Source: Octopus sinensis (lineage: Eukaryota). Taken from it: 64,000 nt of DNA. The notes beneath the pieces are model-generated. The model worked only from the letters and a program-made list of their open reading frames with translations, did no database searches and was not told where the DNA came from. Each line of letters opens with the position of its first letter. Position 1 is the first letter of the stretch. The translations under genes and the position numbers were made by a program. Shown here one piece after another: positions 1 through 14,174 of the stretch. The DNA lies in assembly GCF_006345805.1 (NCBI RefSeq), contig NC_043005.1, positions 9,424,001 through 9,488,000 of the forward strand, given 5' to 3'.

Positions 1-344
1 AATTAATTCACTTCATCAAGGTCAAAGCGTTAAATATATTAATATAAAAATGATCACATGTAGCACACGGATATCAAATCAAGAACGAGATTATAACTGT
101 CATCCGGGTATTTCTAATATCAATATTTGCTAAACTAGCGTGATATCATTCGTAACCTAATAGTTGCTCCTTTCATTACAGTAAGTGCACTGAACTCACA
201 AGCTTTGTGAAATGAAGAATGTGGGCAGCACAAGCAAGTGTGTCTATCTGTGCGTTTAAAACACATAATGGCTTTATTTTGGTCGGTACATAATTAAATA
301 AAAGTCTAGCAACGAATATGAACATTTATGTGTTAGAATATTCT

Positions 345-533
345 CTTTTACTCTTTTACTTGTTTCAGTCATTTGACTGCGGCCATGCTGGAGCACCGCC
401 TTTAGTCGAGCAAATCGACTCCGGGACTTATTCTTTGTAAGCCCAGTACTTATTCTATCGGCTTTTTTGCCGAACCGCTAAGTGACGGGGACGTAAACAC
501 ACCAGCATCGGTTGTAAGGCAATGCTAGGGGGA

Positions 534-587
<54 letters not shown>

Positions 588-758
588 CATATATACGACA
601 GGCTTCTTTCAGTTTCCGTCTACCAAATCTACTCACAAGGCATTGGTCGGCCCGGGGCTATAGCAGAAGACTCTTGCCCAAGATGCCACGCAGTGGGACT
701 GAACCCGGAACCATGTGGTTGGTTAGCAAGCTACTTACAACACAGCCACTCCTGCGCC
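345..758 (-). mobile_element. tRNA-derived SINE family A, full length
   Basis: Minus strand begins GGCGCAGGAGTGGCTGTGT (A-box-like), then GGTTCAGTCCC (B-box-like), a central (TA)n(TG)n tract and an AAAAGAG-repeat tail. About 11 similar copies in the window. May be one of the published octopus OK/OR1/OR2 SINEs (not verified). Confidence 0.9.
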
Positions 759-817
759 TATAAAAATATATCAGTTTTAAATTTTGTTATAAGACCAGCA
801 ATTTCGGAGAATATGCT

Positions 818-1048
818 AAGTCGATTACATCGATCCCAGCGTTCATCAGTTTCTTATTTTATCGATCCTGAAATGATTAAAGACAAAGTGACCTCGCCGG
901 AATTTGAACCGCAAGCGAAAAGACAGACAAATTTCCGCTCACCATTTTACACGGTGCAGTAACGATTCTGCCAGCTTTTAATGAATTCGACCTCGGCAAG
1001 ATTCGAACTCAGAATGTAAAGACCTAACAATTCTGCTAGCTCGCCGGT
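818..1048 (-). mobile_element. SINE family C, two degenerate fragments
   Basis: Matches the family C consensus (AAGTCGATTACATCGA, GACCTCGGCGGAATTTGAAC, TTCTGCCAGCT). Confidence 0.7.
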
Positions 1049-2220
1049 TTCATGTTAGAATATATTACAAATTCTATGTAACTGATAAATTCCATGCTCC
1101 ACCTGAATTAATTAATCTATAAACATCTCTATTTTGATAATTCCAGTAAATACACTTGCGGCAAAGTTATGCTTTGATATTAAGTTCAGTATAAAGCCGA
1201 AACATCTCTGGAGTTGTCTCGCTTACCACAAAAGGAGAAAAAAATCAATTAAAGTAGCCTTAGTTATTACACAGTTATTGATTTTGTAACCTTTATGTAT
1301 TAATATTCAACAATGTAATTTTCGATTGACACATATACACACCACACACATACTTAAGGTGATCGTCTGTGAAGATATGTTTGCTTCCAAAATTATAGAT
1401 TCCATTTGAACAACAACTATCAACCTTTATGAAATAGTTTGATCAAATTTTATGGTAGCCTCCAATGGTGTCTTGACAGTGGTTCCTTCAAAACTACTAT
1501 TTCGCTTGCACTTAGATGAGGAAATATATAAAAATATTGATATAAAAATACTGATGGCTAAAATGTATTTAGCTGAAAACATGCATTTTGGTGACAATTG
1601 CATCTTGGGATATGATATGTCATACGGGTTAATTAGGGGCTACAATTGAGCAAGTCATTAAATACCATGAGTCCGTTTCGGTGGTAGTGTTTTCAAATGC
1701 ACTGATAACAACTTTTTTCATCTTTATGGGTACATATGTGACGTAACCATAGTTACGGAATGCAGCCAATTGTATTAGTTACACACTTGGAGATAGTGCC
1801 AAAAATGATCTCAACTCAATTATTAAATCGTATGTGGAGTGGGGATGGGGGGTAATTCAAAGGCACTAGTTGACATATGTGATGTTTCCAGCTTCCCACA
1901 TGAGTATCGCCAGTAAATTTCTGTAGCTAACATATACACACATCAGGTATATGTACGTAAATATGTGATAGGTATGCACATTGGACTTTTGAACAGCTTC
2001 TATCTGATAAAATTCATTCATGGATAGAATTTGAAATATAGCAGAAAGTAACTTAGGTGCATGGAACCTGATCGAATGCGAAATCTCTTGCTTGTAAAAC
2101 AAAGGTCATAACTACATACCAGAATCTCCGCATATAATACTAATATAAAATGTATGATACTCAATTTAATATATGAAATAATGATTTCAGATATTTTCCA
2201 CAAGGGCAGCTTGGGGAAGG

Positions 2221-2393
2221 GGGATTAAGTCGATTGCCTCAACCCCAATGATTCATTGGTACTTAATTTATCGACCCAGAAAGGATGAAAGGCAAAGTCG
2301 ACCTCGGCGGAATTTGACCCAAGAACCTAGCGAGGGGCGCAATACGGTTAAGCACTCCGTCCAGCGTGCTAATGATTCTGCTAGTTCACCGCC
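2221..2393 (-). mobile_element. SINE family C
   Basis: Minus-strand head GGCGGTGAACTAGCAGAA; body matches the copies at 28720 and 42433. Confidence 0.8.
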
Positions 2394-3447
2394 TTTTTTT
2401 AATATATGAAATAATGTCCTGTTATAATTTTTATAATTTCTGTTCCCAGTTAACGCCAGTATCATCTGTGAGGTCACTCGAGATGCTGGAAATAGAAGCA
2501 TAATATCTCTCAAATCAATCACAACTGAATGAAAATAAGGTAGGATATTTGAATAATTTAGCGAAAACTCGATTGTTTTTGACGAAGCCTGAATGTGATG
2601 GTAAATCGGAAAATCTACAACAAAATCACCTTGAACAACAACGCCATTATAAATCTAATTATAATATTCATTAGAATTCATTTAAAGTATCATCAAATAA
2701 TATTAAATGATAAGAATTTTTTTTTCCGCTGATGATATTCATAATTTCAGTCAATTTATGTCACTCTCTCGCCTGTTGATCTTCTGTATATATTTACTTG
2801 ATTATGTATCGTGTGTTATCAGACATATTGTTTTATTTTGTTTTCTATTTCCTTTCTTCGTGCTTTGCGTAATTCCGTTCTAAAATAATTATTTTGCAGA
2901 CAGATAAATGCTATTTCAGCTTCCAATGAACTGTACGTGAAAGGTCGTTCAACTCAAATATTTACAATGTTAACCACTCTGTTTTCTATATTCTAAACAT
3001 GTATATTGCTAATACGAACCAAGCTTATTGATTATATAAAAGTAAGCAAGGATGAGAACTGGAGAGCGTAAACAAAAGAGGTGAGATAAAGACTGGGATA
3101 AAAGATAGAGAGAACAAGGAAGAGCGGGAATGTACATGCGTGTGTATATGAGTGTGTGTGTGAGTAATATGTGAGTGTGCGTTATAGGTGTTATGTTTTG
3201 AATTTATTATGTCGTAATAGGTAATTGGCAAAGATAGAAATATATTGCTATAAACTCGAGCAGCTATATCTTCTGCGAAATGGTTTTTTGATAGGACACC
3301 AGAGAAAAGCATTTATATATCTACTTACTACTTCCCTTTCTAATCCCATAACTTGACGAACAGTGGAAGATTTCTTGAAAGTCTATCATGTATGCACGTC
3401 TCTGTTTGTGTATGTGAGTGTCTATATATATATATATTATATATATA

Positions 3448-3494
<47 letters not shown>

Positions 3495-3499
<5 letters not shown>

Positions 3500-3685
3500 C
3501 TCCATCTCCCGTTGCCCGCTTTGGGATCTTTCTTTCCTCTCTCTTCCTTCTTTATGTTTCCGACGAAGAGCTCCGCTCGAAACGTCATACCTTCCTGCTT
3601 CCATATTTCCTGAGTGCCTATTAATAATAATACTGGAATTGTTCCATTGTTGTTGTTTTTTTTGTTTTTCCCTTGGATTAAAATA
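3495..3685 (+). mobile_element. Small PLE-type repeat with hammerhead-like motif (family HH-A)
   Basis: Homologous to 7715-7915 (-) and 20066-20275 (+). Motif GTTT-CCGACGA-A-GAGC-TCC-GCTC-GAAA-CG-TC at 3556-3586. Confidence 0.65.
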
Positions 3686-3700
3686 TATATTATATATATA

Positions 3701-3779
<79 letters not shown>

Positions 3780-4045
3780 ATATATATATATAAAGTCCGT
3801 TCCCTTGTTTTTATGTTTTTCGTTTCTCGTTGAGTCTACGTCTATTTGTGGTGTCTCTACTCACATATATATTTTTATATATGCATGTATATATACAGTA
3901 GAGTATAGGTACGTACATATATGTATGTATGTATGCATATATTTTATTTATTACATTATTGTATGACTGAGCGCCCTCGAGTCGTTTCGTTCGTTTCGTT
4001 CTCTTTCCTTTCTCCCAGTATGCTTTTATATATATATATATATAC

Positions 4046-4102
<57 letters not shown>

Positions 4103-4669
4103 TATATATATATATATATATATAATATATAATATATGTATATATATATTATGTATTAAACATAAAAAAGGAGGTATGAGATGTGAATATATTTACTTAA
4201 CCCTTGGACATCCTTGCAATTACAGCCAATTCGCAGGCTTCATGTAATGATAGCTTTAATGTAAAGTTAATTGTGCCTGCATGTCTTCATCAATATGCCT
4301 GTTATACATTACACAAAACAATTCTATATTCAAAGATCAATGCAAATAAAGAAATCTAGCCATCCGATCATCATAATATCATTGTTATACAAGCGACTCA
4401 ACTTTAAGTATACATACAATATTTTCTTGTTACGCACATACACACACAATATATATAGCAGCCCGAAACGAGGTAAAATTTACTTGGTCTGGTTAACAAA
4501 AAAAAAGGATACGTAGTTTCCTATCATTTAAGGTCCTAGACCTATGTTCAGGGAATTGAGCATCGTTAATGATAATAAGAAAACAGGAAGGCATAAAAAG
4601 GCGAAGTAAAGTAGTTATCGTAAATATTTGAAAAATAAATGGCTTTAAAATGTATATATAAATACACGT

Positions 4670-4977
4670 GGAGGCGCAATGGCCCAGTGGTTAGGGCAGC
4701 GGACTCGCGGTCGTAGGATCGCGGTTTCGATTCCCAGACCGGGCGTTGTGAGTGTTTATTGAGCGAAAACAACTAAAAAGCTCCACCAGGCTCCGGCAGG
4801 GAATGGTGATCCCTGCTGTACTCGTTCACCACACTTTCTCTCACTCTTTCTTCTGTTGGCCTGCTCGCTTAGCCAGCGGGGTGGCGTCATTCGAAGGCTA
4901 AAACAATGTGAACGCATTGTGACCAGCGATGTGTAACAACATCTGATGGTCTGGTCGGTCACGTGATCACGTGATAT
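4670..4977 (+). mobile_element. tRNA-derived SINE family B, full length
   Basis: Head GGAGGCGCAATGGCCCAGTGGTTAGGGC...GGTTTCGATTCCC; ends TCACGTGATCACGTGA. Copies at 12236 and 54881. Confidence 0.9.
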
Positions 4978-5255
4978 AAATACACATAAAAAGTATAATA
5001 GGAATGGATTAAACAGGGAACAGAAAATGGGAAATGTAAAAAACAATGTTATTTTTTAATCATATTTTCTGACTACGCTTTACGAAACCTAAACCAATGA
5101 ACCATAATGAAACTAAAAACCGCACCGGTTCCTACAAAGAAGCACATGACCAGAAGCATCAACATAAAAAAAGGAAATGAGAAAACAACCACTTTCACAA
5201 AACTATACTCTCCTACTTATTAATATTCATATGAACCAAGCATACACACAGAAGA

Positions 5256-5332
<77 letters not shown>

Positions 5333-5661
5333 AATATATGTATATATATGTATATATATATATATATGTATATAATATATGTATATATATATGTATATAA
5401 TATATATATATATGTATATATATATATATGTATAATATATATGTATGTATATATATATATATAATATATATATATATATTATATATATATATATACATAT
5501 ATATACATATATATTATAATATATATATATGTATGTATATATATATGTATATTTATATATGTATATATATGTATATTTATATATGTATATATATATGTAT
5601 ATTTATATATGTATATATATATGTATATTTATATATGTATATATATATGTATATTTATATA

Positions 5662-5700
<39 letters not shown>

Positions 5701-5731
5701 TATATATATAATATATATATAAGTACATCAA

Positions 5732-5767
5732 GGCGACGAGCTGGCAGATATACCAGCACGCTTCCGG
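5732..5767 (+). mobile_element. SINE family C, 5' part (interrupted)
   Basis: GGCGACGAGCTGGCAGA...AGCACGC matches the family C head; the body resumes at 7432. Confidence 0.6.
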
Positions 5768-7431
5768 TGTTTTTCAAGGTGTACGTGAGTCATTTTAATG
5801 GTATTTCATAGTGTTAACATCGTTTTGTTTTTGTATCACTGTTCTAAACATTTTGTTAATTGATTTTGTGTTGCTTTGCAGCAACTTGTTTGTGCTTTCT
5901 CTCCTGTTTTGAGGAGAGTTGACTATGGAGAAAAATAAGTCTATGTTTTTTTTTCATACCTTATTGGGTCTGAATTATCATCGTCTGAAGAGGAACTCGT
6001 GCGAGTGGTGAAAAGAATTGATAGTCAATTAAAGAAGAAAAGTTTTGCGGATGTGGCGGAAGTTGCGAATAAGGAGATGGATCTTGTCAATGTTGAAAAT
6101 TTATGAGAAGGTGGTATACAGAGAAAGAGCGACGTAAATTTGTCACCATCCCAGTAAGTAATAAAAGATATACAGGAAAGGACTATTGAGTACAAGAGAA
6201 TTTAAATCGTATCAGCGGAGAAAATTGAAAAACCCTTGAAGTCTATCTGGCAAGAAACAACATATCTTGCCAGAGGAAGTCGATATAAAACAGTGGTGGT
6301 TCGCTTTAAAAAGGCAGCAAAGGCAAAGCAACACTTGGCAACCGCTTTAAGGACGGAAAGTGTGGTCCTCCTACGCACATACCTTGGAAGGAAAGCTTCC
6401 AGGGTTAGGGTAGAAGAAATCCCACCCGAAATAGATTTGGCTTGGGTAGCGGCTGCTATACGTCTAGGCGAGGAAGAGGAAATAGCCGTTCTCCAAGTCA
6501 CGAAAATAGAAACAACCAATTGGAAAGGACAAACGTTGGACATAATTATACAAATTTGAACGGAAAACCTAGAAAAAGGGATGGAAACAGTAACATCTGG
6601 AGATGTGGTATTAAGAATCTGGGTGGAGGGCAGAATCCCTCGATGTTTCAAATGTGACTAAAAGGGGAACATTAGAGTGGACTGCCCTTCATCGACAGAG
6701 AAAAGTCAGGAAGAAGTCAGGAAGGAAGCAGAGAAGGTGGAGGAGGAAATACATATAAACGACGACGAACCGTGGAAAGTGGTAGAAAAAAAACAGAAGG
6801 AGAGAAAGAAAGCAAGTCAGACTGAACGGGAACCCTAACACACATCCACCCAATCCATACCTTCTCAGCCCCAGCCTCCCACCCGCAGACACCAAAGCCA
6901 CCCATTCCCCTCCGAGATAAAAACAAAAGAAATAAGGCACTGACACACAGGAACCCACAAAATTCCCCTCCCACTGAAAGTTGTTTTGCATGTATGTGAC
7001 GTAAAGGTGCAGATGAGGAACTGATTAGCAAAGTAACGAAATGAAAGAACACATTGTTTATTCATGTGGAAGGAAAGACTATGTTAGTATCACAGAAACA
7101 GAAGAATAAAATAGAAAAGTATAAAGGTGGGTACAAGTGTTGGAGAGTGAACTATTGCATGGAAAGGTTGCCGGATGATATACAGCATGAAGAACATATA
7201 AAAGAATATGAACTGGATATTTTGGAAGGTACGGAAGTTAAAGGAACTAAGTGAAGCTACTCGGAGGCGGGGCGAATAGCTTCATTTTCATTTTTTATTT
7301 TCATTTTTCTTGTTTCCATACGCTCTCCTGTGTTTCTATTCCCCCCGCCACTTGTTTTGTGTCCAAACTTATTTCTGTATTGTCCCTCCTCTCTTCGCCG
7401 CCAGAGGGCAATAAAAAAGTCGGAAACGTTT
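5768..7431 (+). mobile_element. Decayed ORF1/gag-like element (L1/Tx1-like ORF1) with no reverse transcriptase
   Basis: Broken frame from about 5926 to 7254: KKSFADVA..., ORF 6236-6559, then past a stop WVEGRIPRCFKCD*KGNIRVDCP (CX2CX4[H>N]X4C knuckle) and EPWKVVEKK. Bounded by GCTTCCGG at 5760-5767 and 7432-7439; AATAAA near the 3' end. Confidence 0.7.
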
Positions 7432-7575
7432 GCTTCCGGGCGAAATGCTTGGCGGTATTTCGTCTGCTTTTACGTTCTGACTTCGAATTCCGGCCAGGTC
7501 GACTTTGCTTTTCATCATTTTGGGGTCGATAAATTAAGTACCATTTGCGTACCGAGTCGATCTAATCGACTGACA
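7432..7575 (+). mobile_element. SINE family C, 3' part
   Basis: CGGGCGAAATGCTTGGCGGTATTTCGTCTGC...GTCGACTTTGC...GGGGTCGATAAATTAAGTACC. Confidence 0.8.
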
Positions 7576-7622
7576 TCCTCCACCAAAACTTCGGGCCTTG
7601 TACCAAGAACAGAGAAGATGGG

Positions 7623-7660
<38 letters not shown>

Positions 7661-7669
7661 CACACACAC

Positions 7670-7700
<31 letters not shown>

Positions 7701-7714
7701 AGTTAATCCAAACA

Positions 7715-7915
7715 TGAAAATACAAAGAGAAAACACAACAACGCGAGGACGTGGAACAAGTATAGTGTTATTGGACTCTCACGAAAGAAGTAAAGTTGGA
7801 GGGTTTAACGTTTCGAGCGGAGCTCTTCGTCGGAAACATAGGAAAAGGAAAGATCCAAAGAAGAGGAGACGGAGGAAAAAAATCGCCTACGGTACACACG
7901 CGGTCACACACACAC
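7715..7915 (-). mobile_element. Small PLE-type repeat with hammerhead-like motif (HH-A)
   Basis: Near-colinear with 20066-20275; motif at 7803-7837. Confidence 0.7.
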
Positions 7916-8057
7916 ACACTTTTATATATATATATAGGTTGAATCTGCCGACTGGATTGTACTTCCTTCTATTGGATTATTGTGTGGTTTGTTACCCGAG
8001 GCCATTAGTGGAGCTCCCTGTGAAAGTCGTACAATCCTATGAATCCGATAGATAGAA

Positions 8058-8124
<67 letters not shown>

Positions 8125-8404
8125 ACACACACACACACACACACATATATATGTATATATATATGTATGTATGTATAATAGGTTTTGAGTATTTGAATGC
8201 GAAGTTCATAGAGACAACAAATTGGCCTTCTAGATGTTAGAAATACAGCGAATCAATTGCGTTATTCGAATCCAGTAACCAACGAAACTGTTGTTCACAA
8301 GATTCATCTTATATCTTAAATTAATAACTAATTATGTGATACTAAGTTCATGTTGGATAAATTATTATAACACGGGTATGAAAACAAAATAAATAAATTA
8401 AAAA

Positions 8405-8662
8405 TAAAAATAAATGCACCCTTTTAAAGCCTAGCCAGGCTCATGGGCCCGGTTTCCCGGTTTCTATGGCGTATGTGTTCCCCAGCTAGACGGGACGCCA
8501 TTCCATCGCTGTGTTACTCATTTTTGCCAGCTGAGTGGACTGATGCAACGTGAAATGGAGTATTTTGCTCATGAACACAACGCGTCGCCCAGTCCAGGAA
8601 TTGAAACCACAATCTTACGATCATGATACTGACACCCCTAACCACTAAGCCACGCGCCTCCA
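8405..8662 (-). mobile_element. tRNA-derived SINE family D
   Basis: Minus strand GTGGCTTAGTGGTTAGGGGTG...GGTTTCAATTCCTGG (A/B boxes), CAGTCCACTCAGCTGG body, A-rich tail. A related head fragment lies at about 9185-9270. Confidence 0.75.
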
Positions 8663-10118
8663 CATGAAAACAAAACATTTCAATATTTACAATGATCAAG
8701 GTAATGATTTCAGTCAAAATCAGTTATATTTACACAAAAGGTAGATATTTATACAGCTTAAATAGCTACACATAATCAATGTCGCTTGGGTTTTTTTTAT
8801 TAAAAGAACACTGATATATCATTATTAACTGTTATGAGAATTTTATCCGTGAGGCAGTATATTATTGCAAGCTGTGATCGTATTGGAAGGGTAAATGTCG
8901 TAAACCTTACAATAACCCTATAATATTTAATACAAAGGTAGATTAAAGCAAGCCATCCTTCCTTCACAAGGGAGTATGTGTTGGGTTTGTAATGTAGGAT
9001 TATTTTACTCGTTGTTTCAAGCTCCTCCGTATTCAGAAACGATCATAGGAACTCTATCTTTAACCTCAGTCCTTAATCCACCGGAGCTTTTAAGCTGCAA
9101 CACCTGGACGGACATACGGTTGCATCAGAAACCGGCATGGGTTCGTTTACAGTCAGCTAACTATAGAATCGGGAAGTTAATTGCCTCGCTCAAGGATACA
9201 CCGTGTCACTCGTCCCAGAAATTCAACTCACAACATTATGATAATAAGGTGACAACTCTAACCATTAGGCCACATACCATAGAAGTTAAAGAAAACTCGT
9301 AATATCAGAAGCATATTCGCTGGTGGAATGATTTTCATATCGACTGTGATCGATTGTGATTTGTTCGTTTGTTGGAAAGCCTTTTAAGATTTGAAGACTC
9401 TTGCAAACATAATCAACATCTAAAGATTGCTAGAACTGGTTCTATAATATTCTATTCTGTAATGGTTATTAGCTTACTTCTTTGTAGATTTGCCTTCTGC
9501 AACGGTAGAAGTTGAATATCTCAGCTAGAATGTTCCCTTTAAAGGTCGTGCGTGTAACAGTATATAATTCTTATTGAAACGCAAAGAAAGAATATATAAT
9601 ATATTTCAAGGGCGCTAAATGAAGAAATGAACAAACTATCATATGAATATACCTAACATAGTCACAAGCAGCGGACTTCCTGAGAAGTAATAATCGGGTT
9701 TATAGTATCCAGTGATTTACTCGTAGATTATTTAGTCGACCGTTGAAGCGTGAAGGACAAAACCTTTACCATCGTGTTTTAAATAAGAACGTAAGCATGT
9801 GGTCTGCTGATTTACCTATTCAGCATAATTCTCATTATCACTATTTGTTATGCTACGAGATACACATTCAAATATAAAATAAGGGCAGTAATTGTTATGT
9901 TTTAAGGAACTATTCCCTGTCCACATCTGCCATACACACTAAAGTTTAAAAGTGCCCCTAAATAGACTAGATGGAATGGATCGTAGAAAACTAGACTATC
10001 ATTCGTTATCACATATTACTCTAAGGTCTATAAGAGCATAATTGTCGGATGTAGAATATATATTGTGCCAATCAATTCTCTGTCTCTATCAAGAATTAAT
10101 TCCAAATTTACCCCAGGC

Positions 10119-10157
<39 letters not shown>

Positions 10158-10185
10158 TGTGTCTGTGTGTTTGTGTGAGTGTGTG

Positions 10186-10236
<51 letters not shown>

Positions 10237-11362
10237 GTGTGTGTGTGTATGTGCGCTCTGAAGAGAATATTAGTAGAATGTTTGTTTCAACTGAGACATA
10301 TAAATAGCATTAAATGTTTATAGTAACGCTAGTTGTATCGTTACATATTCATTCTATCTATCTATGGCAATCCCTCAAGGTCGAGGATGATGGTCTTCGC
10401 GCAAATTTATTGGTGAGTCCGCATTGTTCCATATTCATTAATACCTTTTCGCTATAACATATTAGACTAAAATGAACGATTGTAACCTATTTATCTAAAA
10501 ATAAAGTTCGTCATAAATGTAACTGACACAAATCTTTAGAATTGTCAGCACAACGTTTCACTTTGACCCAAATACTTTATCTCCAATGAACTAAGAAGGT
10601 GAATTTGTTTTCTATAAAGAATTATGAGTAGATAATAATTGCAAAGATTTACAAATAAATCCTGTGAAATCCGTATAACTTAATACAGTAGAAGGATGGA
10701 GGAATTATATTAATTAGAGATTGATTCATCGTATGTGTAGTTCCATTACTTGCCTAAATCATTTTTATCAATCAACCACTTTAAGCTAGACTGTTATTAG
10801 TTTAGTAGGAAATGGCATTGGTATGGCACTGTAGGAGAACCGTAGCTAACTGACTGACAGGACGAAATTATTACTGGTCTTCTATAGATTTCGACTGAAT
10901 TAGTCATATCTGATCTACTCAATATAAATAAGCTCTTCTAAGGAAATGGAATATATTCGAAATGTGTCCTGATCAAATTATAGAGAGAACTGGAAGAAGA
11001 CACGTTAGCATCGAAGAGCAAGGAATGGAGCGAGGAAAATAAGTGTTTGCTTAAGTAATAAGGGACGCGCTAATGGAACTGTCTGATGTAATTATCAGAG
11101 ATTGTGAGAATGGCGGTGTGCATCAAGTGAAATTTTGAATTCACAGTTACTTCTTCCTCTTATCACGTCACTTCTTACATTTCACATATAGTTGCTTTCT
11201 AATAAGCGATGTTTTAAAAGTATTCACAATCACGACAATGTAGGCGAGCCCATAACTTTAAGTAAAGAAAGTAAGGCATATCGCATTTCGAATCAGGTGT
11301 TTGGTTGTTCAGGATTTATTTGCAAATCGTGTCATTTGTCAACAGCTTGTAGCTATTACACA

Positions 11363-11758
11363 TCTTTATATATAAAAGAGAGGTTGTGTGCTGTCTGTCT
11401 CCTACGATTTAGATTCCTAACTACTCCCACATTTTGCGGTGCAGTTTAACCAAAACCGGGTATCTTATAGTCGTGATTCATATCGAGCCCTTCTGGGTAT
11501 TAGCGCGCGTCTACGATGAGTCTACGATTTTAAAAATAATTTACCATCAATTTTTCCCATTTTTAATGCATTTTTGGCATATATAAGGGAAGTAACTCTC
11601 TAAAAATGTATTATTAAATCTCAGAACGTAAAAAGCTAAGTAACCCCCCCCCCTTTGTGGTTAGCCATATTGAGATGGCTATTATACTTTACATCTCTAA
11701 AAATGCTTATATGGTTATTTCCCTTAAAAACCCGAGCAACGCCGGGCGATACTGCTAG
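11363..11758 (+). mobile_element. Non-autonomous Helitron
   Basis: A|TCTTTATATATAAAAG at the 5' end; CCCG-AGCAACGC-CGGG hairpin then CTAG|T at the 3' end; no TSD; homologous to 44453, 45162 and 62074. Confidence 0.9.
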
Positions 11759-12235
11759 TTAAAAAATAAAGGAACGACGTCGGGTGCTTACACATTAAAG
11801 GACGAATATCATCTGCATTATTCTACATAGGTAGTATATGCAACTAATTAAGAAAATCCATTCAATATTTGACATTTGGCGACGAGAAACCTTGAGAGTA
11901 CATCAAGGAATGACAAGTAATTTGTAATAAGACCAGAAGTGGTGTATAATGAAATTTTAACGTGCCGGATTTAGTTGACATCCTACTGTTTCATTCTATC
12001 AATTCTCAGTCTTTAGATCTGTCAACGCGTGAGAAATAACGGTGTGACTATAAAACTAGATTGAGTGAAGGTGTCATGACACAGTAACATTGCACACAAT
12101 AGGTTTCGCTTATATCCGTAGCTTAGTTTTAGTTTTAGCTTCAGATTTAAGATTCATCGTCGTCATTCTGCAGAAAGAATCGTTGACGCATGAATAATTT
12201 AAAGAGTACATACGCATATATATATATATATATAT

Positions 12236-12737
<502 letters not shown>

Positions 12738-12799
12738 GTAAGTCTGCTTATTGGCATCTTTGGGTGAGGTCGTACTGCCACGTGGTGCGTCTTTGGTTT

Positions 12800-13080
12800 G
12801 CAGTGCTTCTGCCCTGTTCGTTGATATATGCGATGCCTTCTGTTAAATACGGTTTTATGCTGGGAAAAAACATCGGCCGGAAGTGTTGTCATGCTGCAAA
12901 CAGAATACAAAAACGCTACCATGAGCAAAACAGAAGTTTACGAGTGGTTGTCACGCTTTTGGATAATTCGTTTGTCGCCTGAAGACCAACCGCCGGCCTC
13001 CCGAACGAATGAAATCATCATGAAAATTCGTGAACCGATCCTGAAGGACCGTCAGCGAAAAATTGACCAACAAAACACCT
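12800..13080 (+). pseudogene. Mariner transposase N-terminal HTH fragment
   Basis: MLQTEYKNATMSKTEVYEWLSRF...SRTNEIIMKIREPILKDRQRKI resembles the mariner pattern MLQxAYGDxxMSRTxVFEWFxRF...ENVEKIRELVxSDRRLTI. Confidence 0.75.
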
Positions 13081-13084
13081 TGTA

Positions 13085-13235
13085 ACAGCCTCTAAGATGA
13101 ACTGAAGGCAAGAATTATGGCAGCATTGATCAACTTAAACACGGAGACCGCCCAGAAGAGTTGCAGGAGATTCTGAATTCTTCTGGAGGCCGTGATTGAA
13201 GTCAACGGCAATTTTATTGAATAAATTTACACTTT
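13085..13235 (+). pseudogene. Tc1/mariner transposase C-terminal fragment
   Basis: DELKARIMAALINLNTETAQKSCRRF*ILLEAVIEVNGNFIE*, a typical Tc1/mariner C-terminus. Confidence 0.65.
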
Positions 13236-13329
13236 AGTACTTCAAGATATTCTTATATAATTTTGGTAAATATATGTTAAAATGTTATAATGTTATTTTC
13301 CTTTTTTCGTAATTTAGACGACAGTTCAT

Positions 13330-13374
13330 TCACCGCATCATGTATATATGTATATATGTATGTATATGTATGTA

Positions 13375-13463
<89 letters not shown>

Positions 13464-13509
13464 CTCTCTCTATCTATCTATCTATCTATCTATCTATCAT
13501 CTATCTATC

Positions 13510-13561
<52 letters not shown>

Positions 13562-13570
13562 TATATAAAT
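13330..13570. repeat. Compound (TATG)/(TATC)n/(TA)n microsatellite
   Basis: Read directly; it generates the YLSI-repeat ORFs. Confidence 0.95.
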
Positions 13571-14174
13571 ACTATAAGATTCTTTCAGTTTCCTTCTAGG
13601 AAATCCACTCACAAGACATGAAATGACGTGTTGCCAGTCAGCTCGTGGCCGAGACGGAGGGAGACCATCACTGGCGATTAAGAATATTGTGCACGCAGAC
13701 AAATTTATACTTCATATTTGTGGCTCCGCTTCTGTCGATTCGTTTTTAAGCACTTCACTTAAATTCTTCATCTCTTTCCTTTAATTGTTTCCTCTATTAG
13801 TGTCGATAACAATTATTTTTGTTTCCCATTTGGCCTCCCATAATCCACAAGCGTTCAACGAGGAATTTACGCAATCCTTAAATTATGTTTCTTTCTTTTC
13901 TGTTTTTGCTTTTGAATCTGATTTTCTACCTAGACGCACGCCGTACAGTATTTGGATAAGTATTCTTTGATCATCATTCCGAACAATATATCCAGTCCAA
14001 AGTTAAACGGTGCTTCTGCACCACCCCGACAACTTTCCCTTCAAGAACTTTGTGTCTGGAGTCCGCAGGTAGTTTCAGCTGAACTGTTCTTTCTATGTAC
14101 AAAGATACTACGCAAAACTGTATCTATCAGAAACGATACATTTGCGCCATCGTTTGTTTCAAGTCACTAATACT

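Noticed and set aside
522-962. Recurrent peptide ASFSFRLPNPLTR...GTEPGTMWLVSKLL and its frame variants in many ORFs
   Set aside because: It is the antisense reading of the SINE-A head; the frame is not conserved among copies.
4670-4745. tRNA genes at SINE heads (also 36411, 60771, 42433)
   Set aside because: A/B boxes are present, but I could not form complete cloverleaves, and each head continues into a SINE body.
5975-6015. CTGAAGA...GAAA hammerhead-like string
   Set aside because: It lies in the ORF1 frame (SSEEELVRVVKR) and lacks stem I/III pairing and an NUH site.
13950-14100. RTE LINE C-terminal relic (also about 54340-54450)
   Set aside because: KVLEGKVVG-type resemblance is too short and degenerate to call.
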